From an uncultured Candidatus Binatia bacterium (GTDB taxonomy: Bacteria; Desulfobacterota; Binatia; Bin18): a stretch of DNA of 64,000 nt. Positions 1 to 8,796 of this stretch are shown here, in pieces. The stretch is from the NCBI GenBank assembly GCA_965243855.1, contig CBDEWE010000003.1, positions 1,474,610-1,538,609 of the forward strand, given 5' to 3'. How positions within the stretch are numbered: the stretch's first letter is position 1; the number at the start of each line of letters is the position of its first letter. Made by a program: the position numbers and the translations under genes. The notes under the pieces are model-generated. The model was not told where the DNA came from. It worked only from the letters and a program-made list of their open reading frames with translations, and made no database searches.

Positions 1-120
1 CGAACCATCTTTGTCAATGACCACGCCTTCGGCCTGCAGAACGCCTTGTCCAAAAATTTCTACCTGGTCCAGAGAAAATGTCGTCACAGGTACGCTCCTT
101 TTGCTGTCCTCACGAGGCCG

Positions 121-537
121 TTACGGCGTCGTCAGACGCACCAGTTCCCCGTCCAGTTCAAGCGTAGTCTTGGAGTAGGTGAGTTTTTGAATGATCTTGC
201 CGTCTTTGAAGTGCAGGACATCGATGCCACGTCGGGCCTCGTGTTTTTTCTCCTGGCCCTTCTCAAACGAAGGCGAGTCGAGCTGCCACCGGTAGAGCAT
301 TTTTTGGTCTACCTCGTCGATGAAGGTCTCTTCGTCCGTAAATTTAAACCCCCCATGATTGGCAAACCAGGGGGTCCAGGCCTGGCGCAGATTCTCCTTG
401 CCTCTGACCCAGCCTCCGGTCCAGTTCTCGAAGTAAATTTCGTCGTGAAATAAATCCATCACGCCGTCGAGGTCGTGCTCGTTCCAGGCAACCCCCCATT
501 TGGCGAACGCGCTAGACATCTCGTCTCGTGTCAGCAT
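121..537 (-). CDS. SnoaL-like / NTF2-fold protein (ketosteroid-isomerase-like)
   Basis: 138-aa ORF of the size and hydrophobic-pocket pattern of NTF2/SnoaL proteins (WGVAWNEHDLDGVMDLF... start). It is tightly followed by an LLM oxidoreductase gene on the same strand. Confidence 0.5.
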   Translation of the reverse strand: MLTRDEMSSAFAKWGVAWNEHDLDGVMDLFHDEIYFENWTGGWVRGKENLRQAWTPWFANHGGFKFTDEETFIDEVDQKMLYRWQLDSPSFEKGQEKKHEARRGIDVLHFKDGKIIQKLTYSKTTLELDGELVRLTTP

Positions 538-590
538 GGTCTTCTCCTCCTTTCGGATGGTAGGAGCAATTCATGAATTGCCCCTACGTA

Positions 591-1475
591 TTACGATACA
601 TCTTGGACTTGCTTGGCAAACGATCGGACTTCCTGAGCAATACTATCCGGGTCGCGGCTGAGCGGAACGGTGTATAAGACTTTCACCCCAAGGTCGCGGT
701 AGGTTTTGATATCGTCCAGCGTGGTCCGGGTCGGGTCGGTCATGGCCGTCAGTTCGAGGTCGTCATAATTCCGTCCGGCCTCGTCCATGAGCCGTTTCAG
801 TTGCTCTAACATAGGCCGAATCTGGTTAAAGGTCAGCAGGGCAATATGCCATCCGTCACCGAACCGGGCCACCCGTTTCAGGGCGTACACCGACTCCCCT
901 CCAACCCAGATAGGGGGGTGGGGTTTCTGGAGGGGGCGCGGGAGCACATTGACATCTTCTTCCAGCTTGACGAACTCCCCCGCATAGCGCGGGCTGTCTT
1001 CGGTCCACAGCGCTTTCATCATCTCAATATATTCACGCGTGCGTTTGCCGCGGCGCTGAAAGGGAATGTCCAGCAGGTTGAACTCTTCTTCAAGCCAGCC
1101 TACTCCGGTGCCGAGAATGAAGCGCCCACCGGACAAGACATCGATGGTGGCGACCCGTCGCGCCACATCAAAAGGGTGGCGATAGGGGACAATCAGGACG
1201 CTCAGGCCGAGCCGGACCTTTTCGGTAATCCCTGCGAGAAAAGCTATGGTATCGAACGGGTCCAGCCATTCCATACTGGTGTAAATATCGTAATTCGGTT
1301 TTCCGTCGTTATACTCCTCATACGGCCACGGCGAGGCAATGGTTTTGGGCAGGACAATATGATCGCCAATGAGGAGCGAGTCGCAGCCTTCCTCCTCGGC
1401 AATACGGGCAACGTCCATGAGGACCTTCCGGTCACACACCGAAGCGCCGCCGGCTAAGTGTAAGCCGTATTTCAT
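591..1475 (-). CDS. LLM-class (luciferase-like) flavin/F420-dependent oxidoreductase
   Basis: 294 aa with LLM hallmarks (LGLSVLIVPYRHP, GRFILGTGVGW, EEEGCDSLLIGDH) of the TIM-barrel luciferase-like family. Confidence 0.75.
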   Translation of the reverse strand: MKYGLHLAGGASVCDRKVLMDVARIAEEEGCDSLLIGDHIVLPKTIASPWPYEEYNDGKPNYDIYTSMEWLDPFDTIAFLAGITEKVRLGLSVLIVPYRHPFDVARRVATIDVLSGGRFILGTGVGWLEEEFNLLDIPFQRRGKRTREYIEMMKALWTEDSPRYAGEFVKLEEDVNVLPRPLQKPHPPIWVGGESVYALKRVARFGDGWHIALLTFNQIRPMLEQLKRLMDEAGRNYDDLELTAMTDPTRTTLDDIKTYRDLGVKVLYTVPLSRDPDSIAQEVRSFAKQVQDVS

Positions 1476-1670
1476 GAATCCCCTCCTTTAGGCATCAATA
1501 GAGAATAAAACTGCCCACGTCGTAGCGAAAAGATCGGTCTCACGCAAGGGAGAATGCCCGGAGACGGTGACGGCCTTGCCTCTCTGTACGCCTTCCACGG
1601 TGTGGTCTTGCTTGACAGCCCGAAAGAGTTACTTCACAGTGATTTTATTGTGAATGCACAGCACAAGGTG

Positions 1671-2402
1671 ATGAGACGGATGGCAAGAACAGCCGCGCAC
1701 CGACGGAGCTCGTGGCTCTGGAACTGTTGCCTGCTGCTCGCTACGTGCTGTGCCTTTCTCCTCTCGGCCTGCTCGTCTAGTACTCCGCTTGACCGTCTGA
1801 AATCCCAACTCGCCTCCGCGCCGGAATACGCTATTATTCTCAGCGATATGCGCGAAGAGGGAACGTTCTTCTCTTCGTATTTCCATCAATACCAAGTGGT
1901 CCAAGGGGAAAACTCCTGGACCACTGACTGGTTGCAGGTCCCGGAATCCGTTTATCGCGCTAATGAGAATTTTCTCGGTATGACGCTCGCCTCCAAAACC
2001 CCTGACGGCGAGAATAATGTCCCCCATCCGCCCGGTTATGATTACGTTGGCAATCCGCGCTACGGCTCGTGGCAGACGAATAGCAGCGGTATGTCGTTCT
2101 GGGCGTTTTACGGCCAGTATGCGCTCATGCGCGACCTTCTCGGTATGGGACGGGGATCCATCTTCCGGAACGACTACGATTCCTATCAACGCTCGCGCTC
2201 GGAGCGACGGCCGTACTACGGCCGGACAGGAAGAGAATACGGGACGCGGGGCACGGTCACACAGCAACAGAAACCGTCTTTTTTCGCCCGCCGCCGCGCC
2301 CGGGATGCCGCGCAACGACAACGTTTCCAGCAAAAATTCAACAACCGCTTTGGGCGGAGCAGCGTTCCGACACGCTCGCGTGGCTTTGGCTTTGGCAAAT
2401 AA
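1671..2402 (+). CDS. hypothetical lipoprotein with an Arg-rich C-terminal tail
   Basis: Signal peptide with lipobox (LLSAC) after the Met at 1671. The mature part is Trp/Tyr-rich and the C-terminal region is RR/RG-rich. No recognisable domain. Confidence 0.45.
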   Translation: MRRMARTAAHRRSSWLWNCCLLLATCCAFLLSACSSSTPLDRLKSQLASAPEYAIILSDMREEGTFFSSYFHQYQVVQGENSWTTDWLQVPESVYRANENFLGMTLASKTPDGENNVPHPPGYDYVGNPRYGSWQTNSSGMSFWAFYGQYALMRDLLGMGRGSIFRNDYDSYQRSRSERRPYYGRTGREYGTRGTVTQQQKPSFFARRRARDAAQRQRFQQKFNNRFGRSSVPTRSRGFGFGK

Positions 2403-2418
2403 GCCGAAGAGGTAGGTC

Positions 2419-3264
2419 ATGACTCTGGACACTGTGATTCTGGCCAGTATCTATCTCCTGTCTGCCTATATCTTGTTCTGGTTGGGGAAGCGCGTATTTG
2501 ATTTTTTGCACCGCGATTTTCGCGTCCGCGAGGAATTGGTTGAGCGGAAAAATTCGGCCCTGGCTCTGGCTCTTGTGGGCTATTATCTCGGAGTCGTGTT
2601 TGCCATTGGCGGAGCTATTGTCGGTCCGTCGAGCGGCCTGGTTGACGATGTGCTCGATCTGTTTCTGTACGGTATATTGGCCATCATTCTGCTGAATATC
2701 TCCACGCTGGTCAGCGACCGCTTGATTCTCTTCCAGTTCAGCAACACCAAGGAGATCATTCAAGATCAAAACGCGGGAACGGGTGTCACCGCTGGGGGCG
2801 TGTACGCAGCTACCGGCCTGATTCTGTTCGGCGCTATTTCAGGGGAGGGCGGCACGGTCTGGACGGCGGTCGGCTTTTGGGGGTTGGGTCAATTGGCCCT
2901 GATTCTGACCGGGCTCGTGTACGAGTGGATCACACCGTACAGTATTCATGACGAGATCGAAAAGGATAATGTTGCCGTTGGGGTCAGCTTTGCCGGCGCG
3001 CTGCTGAGCATGGGCAATATCCTGCGCCATGCGCTGAGTGGCGATTTTTATTCCTGGCAGGCAAATCTGCTGACCTTCTGCTCCCTGGCCGTGATCGGCC
3101 TGGTGGCGCTGCCGATTATCCGCTGGGCTACGGACAAAGTGCTCTTACCCGGAACGACGATTACGGCCGAACTGGTGGAGCACGAACAGCCGAATCTCGG
3201 GGCTGCCTATATCGAGATGTTCTCCTATATTAGTGCGTCCTTTCTCATCACTTGGTGTCTCTAG
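2419..3264 (+). CDS. DUF350-type membrane protein (duplicated 4-TM module)
   Basis: 281 aa, multi-TM. Two similar halves with Gly-rich TM helices typical of DUF350. It overlaps the downstream spermidine-synthase-like gene. Confidence 0.55.
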   Translation: MTLDTVILASIYLLSAYILFWLGKRVFDFLHRDFRVREELVERKNSALALALVGYYLGVVFAIGGAIVGPSSGLVDDVLDLFLYGILAIILLNISTLVSDRLILFQFSNTKEIIQDQNAGTGVTAGGVYAATGLILFGAISGEGGTVWTAVGFWGLGQLALILTGLVYEWITPYSIHDEIEKDNVAVGVSFAGALLSMGNILRHALSGDFYSWQANLLTFCSLAVIGLVALPIIRWATDKVLLPGTTITAELVEHEQPNLGAAYIEMFSYISASFLITWCL

Positions 3265-4786
3265 TCTGCTGAAGCTGTGTCTGTTTGCCACAGGCTTGGC
3301 CGGCATAGTCGCCGAGTTTGTGCTGTGCACGCTTGCGACTTATTTCCTCGGCAACGCGGTGTTGCAGTGGACGCTGATGATGTCCTTCATGCTGTTTGCC
3401 ATGGGCCTGGGCAGCCATCTGAGCCGCTATTGCAGCGCCCATCTGCTGGATACCTTTACCATTCTCGAGTTCGCGCTGTCCCTACTGTGTGCCAGCGCCG
3501 CGGTTGCAGCCTATGTTCTATCTCCTTTTCTCAATAATGTGGGCGTGGTGATTTACCCGCTCGGCATCGCCATCGGCCTGTTAATCGGTATGGAGATTCC
3601 GCTTATTACGCGGGTCAACGCCACCTATGAAGAACTCCGGGTCAACATCTCTTCGGTGATGGAGAAGGATTATTACGGAGCGCTTATTGGGGGGCTGTTC
3701 TTTGCCTTTGTGGCCCTGCCGTATTTCGGATTGACCTATACTCCGATAGCGCTGGGTGCGGTGAACTTCGGGGTTGCCTCGCTCCTGTTGTTTCGCTTTC
3801 GGTCTTTGCTGAGCGCCCCGCGACTGCTGAGCGGCCTCTGGGCCGGGGTTGGCGCCGGGCTTATCGGACTGTTTGTCCTGGCGGAACCCATTCTCCTGTT
3901 TGGCGAGCAGGCCCTATATAAGGACACCGTTATCCTGGCCAAACAAACGCCCTATCAGCGGCTGGTGGTGACGCGCTGGCGGAATGATTACTGGCTCTAT
4001 ATTAACGGCAACCAGCAGTTCAGCAGCTACGATGAAGAGCGCTACCACGAACCGCTCGTCCATCCGGCTATGGTTTTGGCCGGCAATCGCGCAGAGGTGC
4101 TCATTCTCGGCGGGGGTGATGGGTTGGCGTTACGGGAAGTGCTCAAATACTCCCAAGTCCAAGCCGTGACTCTGGTTGATCTTGACCCGGAGATGACGAG
4201 CCTGGCCGCCACCCATCCGGTCTTCTTGCAACTCAACTCACACGCCTTCGCCGACCCTCGGGTGTCGGTTGTTAATGCCGATGCCTTTGCCTTTCTCCAG
4301 GACTCGCTGCAGTTATTCGACGTGATTATTATTGACTTGCCCGACCCGAACTCCGCGGAACTGGCCCGGCTGTATTCGCTCAACTTCTACCGACTGGGCA
4401 AGAAGCATCTCAAACGGGGCGGCACCCTGGTCACGCAGGCGACCAGCCCGTTTTTCAGCCGTCAGGCTTTTGTGTGTATCCAGAAAACGATAGCGGAAGC
4501 CGGCTTCAGCGTTTTGCCCTACCACAACCATATCCCGACGTTAGGCGAGTGGGGCTTCGTGCTAGGGGTGGATGCCGAACTGCTTGAATCTGCGACCCTG
4601 AAGAAAACCGTACAAGGGTTGTCTTTCCAAGAGGTTGAGACGCGCTTTCTCAACCAGGAGGCGATGATTGCCATGGTGCATTTTGGGAAGGATGTCTTTC
4701 GGGACGCGGGCGAGATTGAGGTGAATCGGGAGAGCCGGCCTGTTTTACCGTCGTATTATCAGCAGGGCCGGTGGGAGGTGTATTAG
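3233..4786 (+). CDS. membrane-anchored spermidine/spermine synthase-like protein (polyamine aminopropyltransferase family)
   Basis: N-terminal ~7 TM helices followed by a spermidine-synthase fold (GGGDG AdoMet-binding motif VLILGGGDGLALREVLKY, DVIIIDLPDP motif). Confidence 0.75.
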   Translation: MRPFSSLGVSSLLKLCLFATGLAGIVAEFVLCTLATYFLGNAVLQWTLMMSFMLFAMGLGSHLSRYCSAHLLDTFTILEFALSLLCASAAVAAYVLSPFLNNVGVVIYPLGIAIGLLIGMEIPLITRVNATYEELRVNISSVMEKDYYGALIGGLFFAFVALPYFGLTYTPIALGAVNFGVASLLLFRFRSLLSAPRLLSGLWAGVGAGLIGLFVLAEPILLFGEQALYKDTVILAKQTPYQRLVVTRWRNDYWLYINGNQQFSSYDEERYHEPLVHPAMVLAGNRAEVLILGGGDGLALREVLKYSQVQAVTLVDLDPEMTSLAATHPVFLQLNSHAFADPRVSVVNADAFAFLQDSLQLFDVIIIDLPDPNSAELARLYSLNFYRLGKKHLKRGGTLVTQATSPFFSRQAFVCIQKTIAEAGFSVLPYHNHIPTLGEWGFVLGVDAELLESATLKKTVQGLSFQEVETRFLNQEAMIAMVHFGKDVFRDAGEIEVNRESRPVLPSYYQQGRWEVY

Positions 4787-4794
4787 GGCGTAAT

Positions 4795-5346
4795 CTACGA
4801 TTGTTCCCGTGGCAGAATATGGGAGAACTCGTACTCGTTGACGTATTTGCCGACGGAGGCTTCAAATTCGTCTTCGTCCCACTGTTCGATGGTCAGGGTG
4901 TGGTCTTCCGACGCGTCCATATAATCCCAATAGATCATCTCATCGCCGGCAACCCGGCCGTTGGGATGATAATAGCCGGCCCCACTTTCGGCTAACCGAA
5001 AACGTATGCCTTGATATTCGATTTCCTCAGGCGGATCGTCATGCTGCTTAATATGCGCCCGAACACCTTGACCCAGGGCTGAAAAATCTATTTTGCGAGA
5101 GATATTCCATTCGACGCCATCGTCCTCTTCGCGCTCGAGGAAGAGCGCATCGTCCCCGGCGTCGAGTTCCCACTCCTGCGTCTTGGTGTCGTCAAAGGTA
5201 TAGTTATTCTGACTTTTGACCTGCCAGGTCTTGAGGTCATAGTCGACCAGATAGCCGACTTTCAGGTTTGAGAGGGTGAGATCACTGAGCGGGTCGATAT
5301 CCACTTGCTCGTCTTTTTTGCCAAAGAGTTTCTTCCAGAGAGACAT
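4795..5346 (-). CDS. DUF4178 domain protein
   Basis: Acidic, Trp-rich soluble protein starting MSLWKKLFGKK. Length and motif pattern are typical of DUF4178 proteins that accompany DUF350/SpeE-like and PspA genes. Start chosen at the internal Met. Confidence 0.5.
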   Translation of the reverse strand: MSLWKKLFGKKDEQVDIDPLSDLTLSNLKVGYLVDYDLKTWQVKSQNNYTFDDTKTQEWELDAGDDALFLEREEDDGVEWNISRKIDFSALGQGVRAHIKQHDDPPEEIEYQGIRFRLAESGAGYYHPNGRVAGDEMIYWDYMDASEDHTLTIEQWDEDEFEASVGKYVNEYEFSHILPREQS

Positions 5347-5447
5347 ATGTTCACCCGAAAAATCCCTTCCCCTTCCCAGGAACCAGCGCTCGCCGGACGT
5401 GGGGGACGGCCGGGCCGAGGATAACCCACCCCGCCGCTGACGCGGCA

Positions 5448-5503
5448 CAAAGAGGAAACGTGTCCCGCATTGAGGGCTGTTTGGAGGACACGTTTCCTCT
5501 TTC
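5448..5503. repeat. family-A palindromic intergenic element, copy 1
   Basis: AGAGGAAACGTGTCC ... GGACACGTTTCCTCT arms (15 bp) around a ~21-bp loop. Lies between the DUF4178 gene and pspA. Confidence 0.9.
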
Positions 5504-5627
5504 CCTCCGAGGAGGGGATAAAAAAAGCTCCACTCTTGGGAGGGGTGGTCCTGAGCTTGTCGAAGGACCGGTGTGGGTGCCTTTTCGCATTACACGTCCG
5601 AGGAGGGGAAAGCGTTTCAACACAGGG

Positions 5628-6335
5628 CTATGCCGAAATCCCCATCTTAGCCTTGAGCGCGGTCAGGGAATCATTCGCCGTGGCGTTGCTTTGGCTCAGG
5701 GCCGCATCAATCTCGTTGTCCACGCTTTTATCGATATCGGCGACCTGGCCGTACGCCTGGGCCAAGGACTCGTCTTCCTCGACCTTGTCGCGCATCTTTT
5801 CCAGCATGGCAATCGTGCTGGAGGAGTCGATCTTGGCAAGCTGCTGGTTGATCTTCTTGGTCGAGGCTGCCGTGCGTGCCCGGGCCTTGAGGGTAATGAG
5901 ATCGTTCTCATATTTGGTAATCGTGGATTTCAGCTTCTCGATCTTACCCTGCAACTGGTTGGCCATATTGTCTTGATTTTCCCAGTCTTTCAGCGCCTGG
6001 GCAGCTTTCTGGCTGGATTCTTCTTTCTTTTTCAGAGCCTCTGTCGCCAAGCGCTCGGCTTCGGCCTGATCCATCTCACCACCCTGCATCTTTTGCAGCA
6101 GCAGCATGGCCTTGCGCTCATACTCGGCGGCCAGAGATTTGCTGCTATCCCCATCCTTTTTCAGGCGAATAGCGACGCTTTTGACCTCGGCCAAACTGGT
6201 CATGCTGGCTTGGAGATCGTTCTTGAGGTCGCGGATACCCTGCTCGGTCATACGGATAGGGTCCTCCATATTGTCAAGAACGGCGTGGGCTTCGGATTGT
6301 CCAATTTTAAATAAGCGTTGAAAAAAACCTGCCAT
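5628..6335 (-). CDS. pspA: PspA/IM30 family protein (phage-shock protein A-like)
   Basis: 235 aa, all-helical coiled coil. The N-terminus MAGFFQRLFKIGQSEAHAVLDNMEDPIRMTEQGIRDLK matches the conserved PspA/Vipp1 N-terminal amphipathic helix and first coiled coil. Confidence 0.85.
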   Translation of the reverse strand: MAGFFQRLFKIGQSEAHAVLDNMEDPIRMTEQGIRDLKNDLQASMTSLAEVKSVAIRLKKDGDSSKSLAAEYERKAMLLLQKMQGGEMDQAEAERLATEALKKKEESSQKAAQALKDWENQDNMANQLQGKIEKLKSTITKYENDLITLKARARTAASTKKINQQLAKIDSSSTIAMLEKMRDKVEEDESLAQAYGQVADIDKSVDNEIDAALSQSNATANDSLTALKAKMGISA

Positions 6336-6365
6336 AGTCTGTTCCTCCAGATTGATTAGTGCTTG

Positions 6366-6420
6366 AAAGAGTAAACGTGCCCAGCATCTGCATATTTATT
6401 GGAGGACACGTTTACTCTTT
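6366..6420. repeat. family-A palindromic element, copy 2
   Basis: AAAGAGTAAACGTGCCCAGCATCTGCATATTTATTGGAGGACACGTTTACTCTTT. Lies between pspA and the ybjN-like gene. Confidence 0.9.
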
Positions 6421-6809
6421 GTATAGGAGAGTAATTCTCCCGCATTCTCGGCCAAAGCCAAACTCAGTGCTTCAATCGAGCCTTCCAACTCATTGCTGTC
6501 CAGATTCTCGATGCGTAGCGTGTCACGAAAAAGGATGGTCTGCGTCTCTTCGTCCACCACAAAGGCGCCATGCACCAGAAGCCGGTTCATCTGCAGCAGG
6601 CGCCGGAATAAATTCCCCGGCTCCTGCGGAATGGGCATAATGACCTGCTCCAACACGAGCAGGGGGTCTTCGCAGTCAACGATGAGGTTGTTGATGCCGC
6701 TGTCTTCGTCATCGACGATAAACAACTCCTGGCCTTCGTCCTCTTGCGAAATCGCATAACCTAAATCAATCAGCAGCGATTTTACTTTCCCAAAATACTC
6801 TGACGGCAT
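6396..6809 (-). CDS. YbjN-domain protein (putative sensory transduction regulator fold)
   Basis: About 137 aa, acidic, with a YbjN-like pattern (GYAISQEDEGQELFIVDDEDS...LLVLEQVIMP). A GGAGGA ribosome-binding site sits 8 nt upstream of the Met at 6809. Confidence 0.55.
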   Translation of the reverse strand: MPSEYFGKVKSLLIDLGYAISQEDEGQELFIVDDEDSGINNLIVDCEDPLLVLEQVIMPIPQEPGNLFRRLLQMNRLLVHGAFVVDEETQTILFRDTLRIENLDSNELEGSIEALSLALAENAGELLSYTKSKRVLQ

Positions 6810-6827
6810 ACGTCGCTTCCTCCACAT

Positions 6828-7856
6828 TTATCCCTGGTTGGGGCGTTCCTGTCCGATAACGATGAGTTGATCTTCAGCCTGAATTATATAGTCGCTCGGC
6901 GGGTTTGCAAGAAACCTCGCCTGTGCCTGGCTTTCTACGGCTACAAGCAGGAGATTCTGTGCTCTTTTCAGTTCGGTCAGGGCGTCCATAAAAGAATGGC
7001 CAACGCAGGATTGCGGCACGGAAATGGTGTACAGGGCGCTCCCGAAGCGGTTGCTGACGAGTTCGTTGACCAGCAGGGGCACGCCACGGTTCAAGGCGGC
7101 CTGGACAAGCAAGTTGGTGCTCAATGCGCCGGTGACGATAACCTCATCCGCCTTTGCCCGCTTGCCGTGAGAAATATTTTTCTGGTCAAGCAGTTCGATG
7201 CAAATATACAGGCTCGGATAGGTGGTCTTGATGGTGAGCGTATCCAGGATTGTCGTGGCGTCCCGTGTATGGACCTCACCCTGTTCATCCGCCAGCACAA
7301 TGGCGACTTCCGCCTTTTGGGCATTGGCCCGTGCCAAGGTTTCCGGGCTGACGACTCCGCTGACAAATTGGACCTGTTCACCGTCCAAAGGATTCTCCGG
7401 TAAGTCGGCGATCAGCACAATCGAACGGTTCCGGGCTTTTTCGTCGGCTCTGACCTCTTCAATAATTTCCTTGGCCTTATAATTCCAGCCGCACAGGACA
7501 ATATGTCCCGTATTTGAGAGCGGTTTCATCCCTTTTCCCTCCTGCCGCCGGTTTTCAACAAAGGTGCTGGCTAAGGTGGCCGTCAGCATACCCAGAAACC
7601 CGATGCCGAACAGCATCAGAAAGATGCCGACGATCCGGCCTCCCAGCGAGGTCGGGTAGATATCGCCATAGCCGACCGTGGTAATGGTCACGAGCGTCCA
7701 CCATACCGCGTCCACCACAGATAACTGCGGCTCAAAAAACGAGATGCCCATCACCCCGCTGACGGCGATGACAACCAGCACCAAGAGGACTACGTCCAAA
7801 TGGTCTTTCCGTAGCTGGTGGGCGAAGCGTCTCAAAAGGACCAGGATAGTGGGCAT
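6828..7856 (-). CDS. K+ channel with RCK/TrkA-N domain (MthK-like)
   Basis: Two TM helices plus a pore helix with the canonical selectivity filter TVGYGD, then a Rossmann RCK domain (HIVLCGWNYKAKEIIEEV). Confidence 0.85.
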   Translation of the reverse strand: MPTILVLLRRFAHQLRKDHLDVVLLVLVVIAVSGVMGISFFEPQLSVVDAVWWTLVTITTVGYGDIYPTSLGGRIVGIFLMLFGIGFLGMLTATLASTFVENRRQEGKGMKPLSNTGHIVLCGWNYKAKEIIEEVRADEKARNRSIVLIADLPENPLDGEQVQFVSGVVSPETLARANAQKAEVAIVLADEQGEVHTRDATTILDTLTIKTTYPSLYICIELLDQKNISHGKRAKADEVIVTGALSTNLLVQAALNRGVPLLVNELVSNRFGSALYTISVPQSCVGHSFMDALTELKRAQNLLLVAVESQAQARFLANPPSDYIIQAEDQLIVIGQERPNQG

Positions 7857-7865
7857 GAGGACAGA

Positions 7866-8267
7866 TTATGATTTGTCCGGCTTTTCCACGGGAAGCCCGG
7901 CCTCGGCCCAGCCGTTAAAACCGGCTTCCAGATGCGCAATATTGGGAAAACCCATATCTTGTAAAGCATCGGCAGCCAGCGCCGACCGACCACCTGCGGC
8001 ACAGTACACGACAATACGTTTTTCGGGATCAACTTTTCCGGTACAATACTGAGAAGACGGGTCGAGCCAGAATTCCAGCATTCCACGCGGCACATGCATG
8101 GCGCTAGGAATCCAGCCCAGCTTCTGCCGTTCACGCACGTCTCGAATGTCAAGAAGCTGCGTCTCTCCGGACTCTAATTCCTGTTGTAACTGTCCCACGG
8201 ACAGGTTCTCAATACGCGTCTTTGCCTCCTCAACTATCTGCTCCGCGGTCTTCTTGAGTTTGAACAT
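7866..8267 (-). CDS. rhodanese-domain sulfurtransferase
   Basis: 133 aa with a rhodanese active-site loop (VVYCAAGGRSA) containing the catalytic Cys. Confidence 0.8.
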   Translation of the reverse strand: MFKLKKTAEQIVEEAKTRIENLSVGQLQQELESGETQLLDIRDVRERQKLGWIPSAMHVPRGMLEFWLDPSSQYCTGKVDPEKRIVVYCAAGGRSALAADALQDMGFPNIAHLEAGFNGWAEAGLPVEKPDKS

Positions 8268-8372
8268 ACCAGTCCTTTCTGCTGCATCTCCGCTGCAATG
8301 CTAGAAGGTTTCCTCAAGCACGGCTACTCCCTGTCTATGGATCGGAGCCTACATCTGTCTCCACATGTCTGC

Positions 8373-8642
8373 TTACTCCGGACGACAGGTCAGGCTATCC
8401 CGGGGAGCGTTCTGACAGGCAATGGTGTCGGTGACACCCGAGGCGAGCAGGGCGCAGGCATTGGTAATCGCCGCCATCTGGGCCTCATGCTCTGTCGCTC
8501 CGTCCACCTCGCGGCAGACCTGACGGCCGTGGAAGGTGATACAGACCTCACACCGCACCCCGCCTATCTGAAACGTCGAGTACACGACGATAGCCATCAC
8601 CGCCAGAATAATGCCAAGTGCCACCCAACTCGTCCGCTTCAT
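8373..8642 (-). CDS. hypothetical small membrane-anchored Cys-rich protein
   Basis: 89 aa with an N-terminal TM helix and six Cys including a CxxC (RCEVC). No recognisable family. Confidence 0.3.
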   Translation of the reverse strand: MKRTSWVALGIILAVMAIVVYSTFQIGGVRCEVCITFHGRQVCREVDGATEHEAQMAAITNACALLASGVTDTIACQNAPRDSLTCRPE

Positions 8643-8693
8643 AGTCAGGTCATATTCCTTTGTTTGTGAGACTGCTATATTTCCGCACGAACA

Positions 8694-8748
8694 AAAGAGT
8701 AAACGTATCCAGCATCTGTATGTCTATTGGAGGACACGTTTCCTCTTC
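8694..8748. repeat. family-A palindromic element, copy 3
   Basis: AGAGTAAACGTATCCAGCATCTGTATGTCTATTGGAGGACACGTTTCCTCT. Confidence 0.9.
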
Positions 8749-8796
8749 GGTGTGTAGCATAGCTCAAAATGCTCCGCAGCCGCTCCCACATCACCT

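Noticed and set aside
46-453. 135-aa + strand ORF at the window start
   Set aside because: Antisense to the SnoaL-like gene (121-537), with Arg/Leu-rich shadow-ORF composition. No independent support.
5460-6314. 284-aa + strand ORF overlapping pspA
   Set aside because: It is antisense to a confidently identified PspA gene and has the Leu/Gly/Arg-rich composition of a shadow ORF.
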